Assembly: GCF_003334335.1 (NCBI RefSeq)
Contig: NZ_QOWQ01000005.1
Direction: 5' to 3' (one strand)
Length of the DNA stretch: 64,000 bases
DNA from: Escherichia coli
GTDB lineage: Bacteria > Pseudomonadota > Gammaproteobacteria > Enterobacterales > Enterobacteriaceae
The notes under the pieces are model-generated. The model was not told the origin of the DNA. It made no database searches and was given only the letters and a program-made list of their open reading frames with translations. Below, in pieces: positions 36,744 through 51,337 of the stretch (positions are counted from its first letter, which is position 1; each line of letters begins with the position of its first letter). The position numbers and the translations under genes were made by a program.

Positions 36744-37888
36744 AAATCACCAAAATTACCACGTATCGTTTACCTCCCCGCTGGATGTTCCTGAAAATTG
36801 AAACCGATGAAGGCGTGGTCGGTTGGGGCGAGCCCGTGATCGAAGGCCGCGCCCGTACGGTGGAAGCGGCAGTTCACGAGCTGGGTGACTATTTGATTGG
36901 TCAGGATCCATCGCGCATCAATGACTTATGGCAAGTGATGTATCGCGCCGGATTCTATCGCGGCGGTCCGATCCTGATGAGCGCCATCGCCGGGATTGAC
37001 CAGGCGTTATGGGATATCAAAGGTAAAGTGCTGAATGCGTCGGTCTGGCAACTGATGGGCGGCCTGGTTCGCGACAAAATTAAAGCCTACAGTTGGGTTG
37101 GCGGCGATCGTCCGGCGGATGTTATCGACGGCATTAAAACGCTACGCGAAATCGGCTTCGATACCTTCAAACTGAACGGTTGTGAAGAACTGGGGCTAAT
37201 TGATAACTCCCGCGCGGTAGATGCGGCGGTTAACACCGTGGCACAAATTCGTGAAGCTTTTGGCAATCAGATTGAGTTTGGTCTTGATTTCCACGGTCGC
37301 GTCAGCGCGCCGATGGCGAAAGTGCTGATTAAAGAACTGGAGCCGTATCGCCCGCTGTTTATTGAGGAGCCGGTGCTGGCGGAACAAGCCGAATACTACC
37401 CGAAACTGGCGGCACAAACGCATATTCCACTGGCGGCGGGTGAACGCATGTTCTCACGCTTCGATTTTAAACGCGTGCTGGAGGCAGGTGGTATTTCGAT
37501 TCTGCAACCGGATCTCTCCCACGCGGGCGGTATTACCGAATGCTACAAAATCGCCGGAATGGCAGAAGCCTATGACGTGACCCTTGCGCCGCACTGTCCG
37601 CTCGGACCGATTGCACTGGCGGCTTGCCTGCATATCGACTTTGTTTCCTATAACGCCGTACTTCAGGAACAAAGTATGGGAATTCATTACAACAAAGGCG
37701 CGGAGTTACTCGACTTTGTGAAAAACAAAGAAGACTTCAGCATGGTCGGCGGCTTCTTTAAACCGTTAACGAAACCGGGCTTAGGCGTGGAAATCGACGA
37801 AGCTAAAGTGATTGAGTTCAGTAAAAATGCCCCGGACTGGCGTAATCCGCTCTGGCGTCATGAAGATAACAGCGTAGCAGAGTGGTAA
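36740..37888 (+). CDS. dgoD: D-galactonate dehydratase DgoD (enolase superfamily, 382 aa)
   Basis: [32 protein letters not shown]… mandelate racemase/enolase-type N-terminus. Confidence 0.93.
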   Translation: MKITKITTYRLPPRWMFLKIETDEGVVGWGEPVIEGRARTVEAAVHELGDYLIGQDPSRINDLWQVMYRAGFYRGGPILMSAIAGIDQALWDIKGKVLNASVWQLMGGLVRDKIKAYSWVGGDRPADVIDGIKTLREIGFDTFKLNGCEELGLIDNSRAVDAAVNTVAQIREAFGNQIEFGLDFHGRVSAPMAKVLIKELEPYRPLFIEEPVLAEQAEYYPKLAAQTHIPLAAGERMFSRFDFKRVLEAGGISILQPDLSHAGGITECYKIAGMAEAYDVTLAPHCPLGPIALAACLHIDFVSYNAVLQEQSMGIHYNKGAELLDFVKNKEDFSMVGGFFKPLTKPGLGVEIDEAKVIEFSKNAPDWRNPLWRHEDNSVAEW

Positions 37889-38007
37889 TTCCTGCCACGT
37901 AAGCCCCTCATCGGGCACTAAAACAGCAATACAAAAATATAACCCTCTGTAAATTACAGGGCATGGTGAGCGGCTTCGCTATGCCCAAAATCTGGAGAAA
38001 GCTCGCT

Positions 38008-39300
38008 ATGGATATTCCCGTTAATGCAGCAAAGCCGGGGCGTCGGCGTTATCTGACGCTGGTGATGATCTTTATTACGGTAGTCATTTGTTATGTCGAC
38101 CGCGCCAACCTGGCCGTGGCTTCCGCCCATATTCAGGAAGAGTTCGGCATTACCAAAGCGGAAATGGGCTATGTATTTTCGGCCTTCGCCTGGCTTTATA
38201 CGCTATGTCAGATCCCCGGCGGTTGGTTTTTAGATCGCGTAGGTTCTCGCGTGACTTATTTTATTGCGATATTTGGCTGGTCAGTGGCGACTTTATTCCA
38301 GGGCTTTGCCACGGGCTTAATGTCATTAATTGGTCTGCGCGCGATAACCGGTATTTTCGAAGCGCCTGCTTTCCCGACCAATAACCGGATGGTGACCAGC
38401 TGGTTCCCGGAACATGAACGCGCTTCTGCCGTTGGTTTTTATACGTCTGGTCAGTTTGTCGGTCTGGCGTTTCTGACGCCGCTGCTGATCTGGATTCAGG
38501 AGATGTTGAGCTGGCACTGGGTGTTCATTGTCACTGGTGGTATCGGCATTATCTGGTCGCTGATTTGGTTTAAGGTTTATCAGCCGCCGCGCCTGACCAA
38601 AGGTATCAGCAAAGCTGAACTGGATTACATTCGTGATGGCGGCGGTCTGGTGGATGGTGATGCGCCGGTGAAGAAAGAGGCGCGTCAGCCGTTAACAGCC
38701 AAAGACTGGAAACTGGTGTTCCATCGTAAACTGATCGGCGTTTATCTTGGGCAATTTGCGGTGGCTTCTACACTGTGGTTTTTCTTAACCTGGTTCCCGA
38801 ACTATTTAACCCAGGAAAAAGGAATCACGGCGCTGAAAGCAGGCTTTATGACCACGGTGCCATTCCTCGCGGCGTTTGTCGGCGTCCTGCTCTCTGGCTG
38901 GGTAGCGGATCTGCTGGTACGTAAGGGCTTTTCACTGGGCTTTGCGCGTAAAACGCCGATTATCTGCGGCTTGCTGATCTCCACCTGCATTATGGGCGCT
39001 AACTACACTAACGATCCGATGATGATTATGTGCCTGATGGCGCTGGCATTCTTCGGTAACGGTTTTGCTTCGATTACCTGGTCGCTGGTTTCTTCTCTGG
39101 CACCGATGCGCCTGATTGGTTTAACCGGCGGCGTGTTTAACTTCGCCGGTGGTCTGGGCGGCATCACCGTTCCGCTGGTGGTGGGGTACCTGGCGCAGGG
39201 TTACGGTTTCGCACCTGCACTGGTTTATATCTCCGCCGTCGCGTTGATTGGCGCGCTCTCTTATATCCTGCTGGTGGGCGATGTGAAGCGCGTTGGCTAA
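38008..39300 (+). CDS. dgoT: D-galactonate:H+ symporter DgoT (MFS, 430 aa)
   Basis: Trimmed to [22 protein letters not shown]…; 12-TM MFS. Confidence 0.9.
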
Positions 39301-40361
39301 TCCTTCAACTGTGGAATATGTGCCACACCACTGCGCATAATCCACTTTCTTAAAGCCGGTGCGGTCAGGCATCGGCTTTTTACTATCTTGCCGAAGAGTT
39401 TTAAACGCAGTTTGCGGGTGGCGCGCCAGTAAGCGGTATTGAGCTTCTCTGGCTGCTTCAGTAACACCGAACGCAGAATGTCTGTGCTATCCAGCGCATA
39501 GCTAATCCCCTCCAGCGAGCTGGCGCTGATAAATCCCGCCGCTTCACCAATCAGAAAGGCGTTGTCCTTACCGCAGACAAAATCCTGCCAGCGCGAGGGA
39601 AACAGCACCGTGCATTTTTCGCTTTTCACCGTCTTACCAAACTGGAACTGAAAGGCGCTCATTTTCTCTTTCAGCGTCGTGAAACGCGTCTGACCGTCTT
39701 TCATTGGATAGGCACCGCCAAAGATAAAATAACCGTCTTTGCTGATACTCCATGAATAACAGTTAGTTATCGAATTATCAAAGATGCAGGAGTAGAACGG
39801 CACCGGATGTTTCTCCGCGAACCACTGCTGGATAGCGACATATTTACGGATTTGATGATCCGGGTAGAGATGTCGCCGCACCATCGAGTTTGCGCCATCG
39901 GCACCGACCAGATAGCGGGCGGTAATATGTTGCTCCCAGCCGTCTGCACGAAAAATGACATGCCATTTATCATCCTCACGCCAGATTTTTCGGCACAGGC
40001 TGTCGTGATAAACCTCAACGCTGGCGGGGATCAGCGATTTCATCCACAAGTCGAAAGCATGGCGATTAATATTGATATAGCTTCGCTGGTAGTTACGCGT
40101 GAGCGATGCGGCGACGTCGACGGTTTTGACGCTGAAAATCTGCGGATTAGCGATCACATCGACAGGAAGCGTCAGCCCATCGCGAATAAAAGATCGCTGC
40201 GCGTCCGGTGCCAGCAGACCGCCGCAGGGTTTGCTGAAACCTTCAGTACCACACTGGTGCTTTTTATCCAGCGCGATCACCTGCATTTTGCCTGCTAACT
40301 TTCGTGCCAACGCCGATCCTGCCGGGCCGAGGCCAATAATCGCCACGTCGAAATGTTCCAT
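39297..40361 (-). CDS. cbrA: FAD-dependent oxidoreductase CbrA (YidS), geranylgeranyl-reductase-like (354 aa)
   Basis: Trimmed to [22 protein letters not shown]… (GxGxxG dinucleotide-binding motif). Confidence 0.85.
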
Positions 40362-40425
40362 CTTTTCACTCACATTCATCACGATGGCAAAAGACTATTG
40401 TCTGAAAGTGAAGTCCTTGTGAAGT

Positions 40426-41676
40426 ATGATGGCGGGACCCGTTTTGTATCAGGACCGCGCCATGAAACAGATAACCTTTGCTCCCCGTAATCACCTGCTC
40501 ACCAATACCAATACCTGGACGCCCGACAGCCAGTGGCTGGTATTTGACGTGCGTCCTTCTGGCGCGTCGTTTACCGGCGAGACCATTGAGCGTGTGAATA
40601 TCCATACCGGCGAGGTCGAGGTTATCTATCGCGCGTCACAGGGCGCACACGTCGGCGTGGTGACCGTTCATCCGAAGTCAGAGAAATATGTTTTCATCCA
40701 CGGCCCGGAAAATCCTGATGAAACATGGCATTACGACTTCCATCATCGGCGCGGAGTGATTGTTGAAGGCGGCAAGATGAGTAACCTTGATGCGATGGAT
40801 ATTACCGCGCCGTATACGCCAGGAGTGCTGCGCGGCGGCAGCCATGTGCATGTCTTTAGCCCGAACGGTGAAAGGGTGAGCTTTACCTATAACGACCATG
40901 TAATGCATGAACTCGATCCGGCGCTGGATTTGCGAAACGTCGGTGTTGCTGCGCCGTTTGGCCCGGTCAACGTACAAAAGCAGCATCCGCGTGAATACAG
41001 CGGTAGCCACTGGTGCGTGCTGGTGAGCAAAACCACGCCCACGCCACAGCCTGGCAGTGATGAAATCAATCGTGCTTATGAAGAAGGATGGGTAGGAAAT
41101 CACGCGCTGGCATTTATTGGCGACACACTTTCGCCAAAGGGCGAGAAAGTGCCGGAGCTGTTTATCGTTGAGTTACCGCAAGATGAAGCTGGCTGGAAAG
41201 CGGCAGGTGATGCGCCGTTAAGCGGAACGGAAACAACCCTGCCCGCGCCACCGCGTGGCGTCGTGCAGCGACGTTTAACCTTTACCCACCATCGGGCTTA
41301 TCCGGGGTTAGTCAACGTCCCGCGCCACTGGGTGCGCTGTAATCCGCAGGGTACACAAATCGCGTTTTTAATGCGAGATGATAACGGCATTGTGCAACTG
41401 TGGCTTATCTCGCCACAGGGCGGCGAGCCGCGCCAGTTAACCCATAACAAAACGGATATTCAGTCTGCATTTAACTGGCATCCGTCAGGAGAATGGTTGG
41501 GCTTTGTGCTGGATAATCGAATTGCTTGTGCCCATGCGCAAAGCGGCGAGGTTGAGTATTTAACCGAACACCACGCCAATTCACCTTCTGCGGACGCCGT
41601 GGTCTTCTCGCCGGATGGTCAGTGGCTGGCGTGGATGGAAGGCGGCCAGCTGTGGATCACCGAAACTGATCGCTAA
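40426..41676 (+). CDS. yidR: YidR, uncharacterised beta-propeller-like protein (about 415 aa; start uncertain between ATG 40426 and 40429)
   Basis: Long soluble ORF with repeated WxxDG/SPDGxW-like segments (…VFSPDGQWLAWMEGGQLWITETDR). Confidence 0.8.
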   Translation: MMAGPVLYQDRAMKQITFAPRNHLLTNTNTWTPDSQWLVFDVRPSGASFTGETIERVNIHTGEVEVIYRASQGAHVGVVTVHPKSEKYVFIHGPENPDETWHYDFHHRRGVIVEGGKMSNLDAMDITAPYTPGVLRGGSHVHVFSPNGERVSFTYNDHVMHELDPALDLRNVGVAAPFGPVNVQKQHPREYSGSHWCVLVSKTTPTPQPGSDEINRAYEEGWVGNHALAFIGDTLSPKGEKVPELFIVELPQDEAGWKAAGDAPLSGTETTLPAPPRGVVQRRLTFTHHRAYPGLVNVPRHWVRCNPQGTQIAFLMRDDNGIVQLWLISPQGGEPRQLTHNKTDIQSAFNWHPSGEWLGFVLDNRIACAHAQSGEVEYLTEHHANSPSADAVVFSPDGQWLAWMEGGQLWITETDR

Positions 41677-41677
41677 A

Positions 41678-42010
41678 TCAGTTATCAGGCATTCTGGCCG
41701 GTGGAATAACCGCATTGGTGGCTTGCGCGTTGGCTTCGCTTTTTTCAACGCGCGAGCGCACCGAGCTGTCTTTGCGGAACACATCCCACGGCAGTAAAAG
41801 CGTGTCCATCACAGCGGTAAACGGCATATCGAGAATCGCCAGCGACTTAGTGCCCCAGTTGGTTTCATCGTCGCCAATCATGGTTGCGCTGGCGCGGGTG
41901 CCGGGATACGTTCCTTCTTTCCCTCCGGTATGGGACATCACGCTGGAGCATCCTCCGAGTAATGTCATTCCGCTGCATATCATGAACGCTAACAACACAT
42001 TTCTTATCAT
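41678..42010 (-). CDS. yidQ: Putative lipoprotein YidQ (DUF1375, 110 aa)
   Basis: Trimmed to MIRNVLLAFMICSGMTLLGGCSS… (lipobox LLGGC). Confidence 0.8.
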   Translation of the reverse strand: MIRNVLLAFMICSGMTLLGGCSSVMSHTGGKEGTYPGTRASATMIGDDETNWGTKSLAILDMPFTAVMDTLLLPWDVFRKDSSVRSRVEKSEANAQATNAVIPPARMPDN

Positions 42011-42184
42011 AATAAATTCATCTGTTGATCGTGGGTGTTGGCCTGATGAGTTATAGCGATCCCTTGCTGAAAATAACATCATCATTACGTCGCACTGTGG
42101 CGGCTATCGCACTTTAACGTTTCGTGCTGCCCCCTCAGTCTATGCAATAGACCATAAACTGCAAAAAAAAGTCCGCTGATAAGG

Positions 42185-42215
42185 CTTGAAAAGTTCATTT
42201 CCAGACCCATTTTTA
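42185..42215 (+). promoter_or_regulatory. Sigma-32 heat-shock promoter of ibpA
   Basis: -35 cttgaaa and -10 cccattttta with about 14-nt spacer, close to the sigma-32 consensus (CTTGAAA / CCCCATNTA). Confidence 0.8.
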
Positions 42216-42315
42216 CATCGTAGCCGATGAGGACGCGCCTGATGGGTGTTCTGGCTACCTGACCTGTCCATTGTGGAAGGTCTTACATTCTCGCTGATTT
42301 CAGGAGCTATTGATT

Positions 42316-42729
42316 ATGCGTAACTTTGATTTATCCCCGCTTTACCGTTCTGCTATTGGATTTGACCGTTTGTTTAACCACTTAGAAAACAACCAGAGCC
42401 AGAGTAATGGCGGCTACCCTCCGTATAACGTTGAACTGGTAGACGAAAACCATTACCGCATTGCTATCGCTGTGGCTGGTTTTGCTGAGAGCGAACTGGA
42501 AATTACCGCCCAGGATAATCTGCTGGTGGTGAAAGGTGCTCACGCCGACGAACAAAAAGAGCGCACCTATCTGTACCAGGGCATCGCTGAACGCAACTTT
42601 GAACGCAAATTCCAGTTAGCTGAGAACATTCATGTTCGTGGTGCTAACCTGGTAAATGGTTTGCTGTATATCGATCTCGAACGCGTGATTCCGGAAGCGA
42701 AAAAACCGCGCCGTATCGAAATCAACTAA
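42316..42729 (+). CDS. ibpA: Small heat-shock protein IbpA (alpha-crystallin family, 137 aa)
   Basis: Trimmed to [20 protein letters not shown]…; alpha-crystallin domain. Confidence 0.95.
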
Positions 42730-42840
42730 TTCCCTAAGGCCGCCTGGCGCGGCCTGACATCTCCATGCTCGCCGTCAGGGAGCATATGCGAATCTTCGGA
42801 TTTGCAGGTACTTACTCGCTTCTTAGAAGGAGAAATGACT

Positions 42841-43269
42841 ATGCGTAACTTCGATTTATCCCCACTGATGCGTCAATGGATCGGTTTTGACAAACTGGCC
42901 AACGCACTGCAAAACGCCGGTGAAAGCCAGAGCTTCCCGCCGTACAACATTGAGAAAAGCGACGATAACCACTACCGCATTACCCTTGCGCTGGCAGGTT
43001 TCCGTCAGGAAGATTTAGAGATTCAACTGGAAGGTACGCGCCTGAGCGTAAAAGGCACGCCGGAGCAGCCAAAAGAAGAGAAAAAATGGCTGCATCAAGG
43101 GCTTATGAATCAGCCATTTAGCCTGAGCTTTACGCTGGCTGAAAATATGGAAGTCTCTGGCGCAACCTTCGTAAACGGTTTACTGCATATTGATTTAATT
43201 CGTAATGAGCCTGAACCCATCGCAGCGCAGCGTATCGCTATCAGCGAACGTCCCGCGTTAAATAGCTAA
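42841..43269 (+). CDS. ibpB: Small heat-shock protein IbpB (142 aa)
   Basis: Trimmed to [24 protein letters not shown]…; paralogue of ibpA immediately downstream. Confidence 0.95.
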
Positions 43270-43284
43270 CTAGCTATTCTCTTT

Positions 43285-43313
43285 GCCCCGCCATTCTGGT
43301 GGGGCTTTTTTTG
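43285..43313 (+). terminator. Rho-independent terminator after ibpB
   Basis: gccccgccattctggtggggc stem followed by T8. Confidence 0.8.
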
Positions 43314-43464
43314 TCTTACTTACTCAACAATGCGTTAAATTTCGACTGTTTAAGATATTTCGGCACGTTCTTTCCCGTGATAATGTGCGCTATAAGGCAA
43401 ATCTGCTTCACCGATTCAGCCATAATCCGTAGCAATTAAAATGTTATCTCAAGAGAAATGGACG

Positions 43465-45126
43465 ATGAGTGATATAGCATTAACGGTCAGTATTCTGGCT
43501 TTGGTGGCAGTCGTCGGTTTGTTTATCGGCAACGTCAAATTTCGCGGCATAGGATTAGGTATTGGCGGCGTGCTGTTTGGTGGGATCATCGTCGGCCATT
43601 TTGTTTCTCAGGCGGGGATGACATTAAGTAGCGATATGCTGCATGTTATTCAGGAATTTGGCCTGATCCTGTTCGTTTATACTATCGGGATTCAGGTAGG
43701 GCCGGGCTTCTTTGCCTCATTGCGCGTCTCCGGATTACGCCTCAACCTGTTTGCTGTTCTGATCGTCATCATCGGTGGTCTGGTTACCGCCATCCTGCAT
43801 AAACTGTTTGATATTCCACTGCCGGTAGTGCTGGGGATTTTCTCCGGTGCGGTTACCAATACGCCAGCGCTGGGGGCAGGGCAGCAGATTTTGCGCGACC
43901 TGGGTACACCAATGGAAATGGTCGATCAGATGGGGATGAGTTACGCGATGGCGTATCCATTCGGCATTTGCGGGATTTTGTTCACCATGTGGATGTTGCG
44001 GGTTATTTTCCGCGTCAATGTCGAGACAGAAGCTCAGCAGCACGAGTCTTCACGCACCAATGGCGGCGCGCTGATCAAGACTATCAATATTCGCGTTGAG
44101 AACCCTAACCTGCATGATTTAGCCATTAAAGATGTACCGATTCTCAACGGCGACAAAATTATCTGCTCGCGTCTGAAACGCGAAGAAACCCTAAAAGTTC
44201 CTTCGCCAGATACCATTATCCAACTGGGCGATTTGCTGCATCTGGTGGGTCAGCCAGCGGATTTACATAATGCGCAACTGGTGATTGGTCAGGAGGTCGA
44301 TACTTCGCTGTCCACGAAAGGCACTGATTTGCGCGTCGAGCGTGTGGTGGTCACCAATGAAAACGTGCTCGGAAAACGTATTCGCGACCTGCACTTTAAA
44401 GAACGCTATGACGTTGTTATCTCGCGCCTGAACCGTGCCGGGGTCGAACTGGTCGCCAGTGGCGATATCAGCCTGCAGTTCGGCGATATCCTCAATCTGG
44501 TGGGGCGTCCGTCCGCAATTGATGCCGTTGCCAATGTGCTGGGGAATGCGCAGCAAAAACTGCAACAGGTTCAGATGCTGCCAGTGTTTATTGGCATCGG
44601 GCTAGGCGTATTGTTAGGTTCTATTCCCGTCTTTGTGCCAGGATTCCCGGCCGCGTTGAAACTGGGGCTGGCGGGCGGACCGCTGATTATGGCGTTGATC
44701 CTCGGGCGTATCGGCAGTATCGGCAAGCTGTACTGGTTTATGCCGCCAAGCGCCAACCTCGCGCTGCGGGAGCTGGGGATCGTGCTGTTCCTCTCGGTCG
44801 TTGGTCTGAAATCTGGTGGGGATTTTGTGAATACCCTGGTCAATGGCGAAGGGCTAAGCTGGATTGGTTATGGTGCCCTGATCACCGCCGTTCCGCTGAT
44901 TACTGTTGGCATTCTGGCGCGGATGTTAGCCAAAATGAATTACCTGACCATGTGCGGGATGCTGGCAGGTTCCATGACCGATCCTCCGGCGCTGGCGTTT
45001 GCTAATAATCTTCATCCAACCAGCGGTGCGGCGGCGCTCTCTTACGCCACTGTCTATCCGTTGGTAATGTTCCTGCGCATTATCACCCCCCAATTACTGG
45101 CGGTGCTCTTCTGGAGTATCGGTTAA
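43465..45126 (+). CDS. yidE: Putative AAE-family transporter YidE with central TrkA-C (RCK_C) domains (553 aa)
   Basis: Trimmed to [16 protein letters not shown]…; two membrane halves separated by soluble RCK_C-like region. Confidence 0.85.
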
Positions 45127-45839
45127 CTCTTTTCCGGGTGGAGTCGCCGTAAATGGTACTCCACCTGGTATTCGCTGGCATTTCTGAACATCACTGAATA
45201 ATTCAAAAACTCCCCGCTCTCGCTATATGACAACGAGGTGATCCGCAGCAGTGGCGTGTGTTCCGCTACCTTCATTTGCCGCGCCAGCAGTCTATCGGCG
45301 AGCACTGGCGTCAGGCTTTCATAATTACCGCCAATCAAAATCCCGCACTCTTGTTCAATATATTCAAACTTCGACCCTTCCAGATGTTGCAGCGAAAGAT
45401 TACGGAACAGTTTTACCGGCATATAGCTGTCTTCCAGCATCAGCGGTTTCCCTTCCACAAAACGAACGCGACGGGAGAAGTAGATCTGCTCGTTGATTTG
45501 AATCCGTAACTGGCTGGCAATGGCCGGAGGCGCAGGCATGATTTCAAAAATCAGCACCTGGCTGGTGACCGTTTTTCCCTGCCGTTTTAACACCTCCACC
45601 AGCCCGGTCAGACTGGCGGTTTGATGCAGTACATCTTTGCGCACCAGGTAAGTGCCACTACCGTGGCGGCGGACCACCAGCCCCCACGCTACCAGCAGGT
45701 CAATGGCTTTACGGATGGTCATCCGCGATACCGCAAACTCTTCCGCCAGCTTTTTTTCACCGGGAAGAAGGCTGTTTAGCGTGAAATCTGCGGAGTTAAG
45801 TCGAATTCTTAACCGCTCCGCAATGCTTTTGTAGATCAT
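45123..45839 (-). CDS. yidP: GntR/HutC-family transcriptional regulator YidP (238 aa)
   Basis: Trimmed to [19 protein letters not shown]…; GntR HTH plus UTRA-like C-terminus; the 53-codon upstream extension in the ORF track is unsupported. Confidence 0.85.
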
Positions 45840-46134
45840 CTCTAGATCTCTTTTTTGCCTGCAAGCCCGGGTAATGCGCACACAAGTTCTGCTTAATCGA
45901 TTGAAAAAACATCTTTTTTTTAAAGATGTGTTCGATGCTGTGTACCTGTGCTCACAGAGGTCTACTTTTTCGCGAAAACGTAGATCTCTACCGCCCAACG
46001 AAAAGCATGAAAGCGATCACGAATCCCATTGGGTCGTCATGTTCTGCCGATCGCATCTTCCTATCCTCGCTCCAGGCCTGCCGCATAACCAATCAGGCTT
46101 CCTACTTACAGAATTGAGAAAAGAGGATGTGGAA

Positions 46135-49455
<3,321 letters not shown>

Positions 49456-49621
49456 TTTAATATCCCTCCGGCGAATTATGCTCACAACCTGAACTTAACA
49501 GAAAACAATCCGTTCAGGGATACGACGTTTGTATTTTAAGAATCTGACTGCCTGACCCGACGCATTTTACCTCTCCCTATATTCATGCGTCCGGGACATA
49601 AACATAAATAAGGGCTATGAG

Positions 49622-51337
49622 ATGAATTCGTTACAAATCTTGAGTTTTGTCGGTTTTACGCTGCTGGTGGCGGTGATCACCTGGTGGAAGGTCCGCAAAA
49701 CAGATACCGGATCGCAACAAGGCTATTTTCTTGCCGGACGTTCACTAAAAGCGCCGGTTATTGCCGCTTCGTTAATGCTAACCAACCTTTCCACGGAACA
49801 ACTGGTCGGCCTTTCCGGGCAGGCCTACAAAAGCGGCATGTCGGTGATGGGCTGGGAAGTGACTTCAGCGGTGACGCTGATCTTCCTCGCGCTAATCTTT
49901 TTACCGCGCTATCTGAAGCGCGGCATTGCCACCATCCCCGATTTTCTGGAGGAACGTTATGATAAAACGACGCGTATTATCATCGACTTCTGCTTCCTAA
50001 TTGCCACCGGCGTCTGCTTTCTGCCGATTGTTCTCTACTCCGGCGCGTTGGCGCTCAACAGCCTGTTTCACGTCGGGGAATCGCTACAGATTTCTCACGG
50101 TGCGGCTATCTGGCTACTGGTAATTTTGCTTGGTCTGGCGGGAATTTTGTATGCGGTGATCGGCGGACTGCGCGCAATGGCAGTGGCGGACTCCATCAAC
50201 GGTATTGGGCTGGTTATCGGCGGGTTGATGGTGCCGGTATTTGGCCTGATCGCGATGGGCAAGGGCAGCTTTATGCAGGGCATTGAGCAACTCACCACCG
50301 TTCACGCCGAGAAATTAAACTCAATCGGTGGCCCGACCGATCCCTTGCCGATTGGCGCGGCATTTACCGGTTTGATTCTGGTGAACACCTTTTACTGGTG
50401 TACAAATCAGGGCATCGTGCAACGCACGCTGGCGTCAAAAAGCCTGGCGGAAGGGCAAAAGGGGGCGCTGTTAACGGCGGTGCTGAAAATGCTCGACCCG
50501 CTGGTACTGGTGCTGCCAGGGTTGATTGCGTTTCATCTGTATCAGGATTTACCGAAAGCCGACATGGCCTACCCGACGCTGGTCAATAACGTTCTGCCAG
50601 TGCCAATGGTGGGTTTCTTCGGCGCGGTGTTATTTGGTGCGGTGATCAGTACCTTCAACGGCTTTCTGAATAGCGCCAGTACGTTATTCAGTATGGGTAT
50701 TTACCGTCGCATCATTAACCAGAATGCCGAGCCGCAGCAGCTGGTCACCGTCGGGCGCAAATTTGGTTTCTTTATCGCTATCGTTTCGGTGCTGGTCGCG
50801 CCGTGGATCGCCAACGCGCCGCAGGGGCTGTATAGCTGGATGAAACAGCTCAACGGCATTTACAACGTGCCGCTGGTTACCATCATCATTATGGGCTTTT
50901 TCTTCCCGCGCATCCCGGCGCTGGCGGCAAAAGTAGCGATGGGGATTGGCATAATCAGCTACATCACCATCAACTATCTGGTGAAGTTCGACTTCCATTT
51001 CCTCTATGTGCTGGCCTGTACGTTCTGCATCAACGTGGTCGTGATGCTGGTGATCGGTTTTATCAAACCGCGCGCCACGCCGTTCACCTTCAAAGATGCG
51101 TTTGCGGTGGACATGAAACCGTGGAAAAACGTCAAGATCGCGTCAATTGGCATCCTGTTCGCGATGATTGGCGTCTATGCCGGGCTGGCTGAATTCGGCG
51201 GCTACGGTACGCGCTGGTTAGCGATGATCAGTTATTTCATTGCCGCCGTAGTGATTGTCTACCTGATTTTTGACAGCTGGCGGCATCGTCACGACCCAGC
51301 CGTAACCTTTACTCCCGACGGGAAGGATAGCCTATGA
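49622..51337 (+). CDS. yidK: Sodium:solute symporter (SSS family) YidK (571 aa)
   Basis: Polytopic SSS/SGLT-like transporter; stop overlaps yidJ start. Confidence 0.88.
   Translation: MNSLQILSFVGFTLLVAVITWWKVRKTDTGSQQGYFLAGRSLKAPVIAASLMLTNLSTEQLVGLSGQAYKSGMSVMGWEVTSAVTLIFLALIFLPRYLKRGIATIPDFLEERYDKTTRIIIDFCFLIATGVCFLPIVLYSGALALNSLFHVGESLQISHGAAIWLLVILLGLAGILYAVIGGLRAMAVADSINGIGLVIGGLMVPVFGLIAMGKGSFMQGIEQLTTVHAEKLNSIGGPTDPLPIGAAFTGLILVNTFYWCTNQGIVQRTLASKSLAEGQKGALLTAVLKMLDPLVLVLPGLIAFHLYQDLPKADMAYPTLVNNVLPVPMVGFFGAVLFGAVISTFNGFLNSASTLFSMGIYRRIINQNAEPQQLVTVGRKFGFFIAIVSVLVAPWIANAPQGLYSWMKQLNGIYNVPLVTIIIMGFFFPRIPALAAKVAMGIGIISYITINYLVKFDFHFLYVLACTFCINVVVMLVIGFIKPRATPFTFKDAFAVDMKPWKNVKIASIGILFAMIGVYAGLAEFGGYGTRWLAMISYFIAAVVIVYLIFDSWRHRHDPAVTFTPDGKDSL

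Noticed and set aside
42730-42840. Possible sigma-54 promoter upstream of ibpB
   Set aside because: I could not find a convincing GG-N10-GC (-24/-12) element by inspection, so no promoter is called here
45874-46134. N-terminal 87-codon extension of glvC in the ORF track
   Set aside because: No RBS at 45874; the extension spans the palindrome-containing intergenic region, and a strong RBS precedes ATG 46135 whose product starts like other PTS IIC domains
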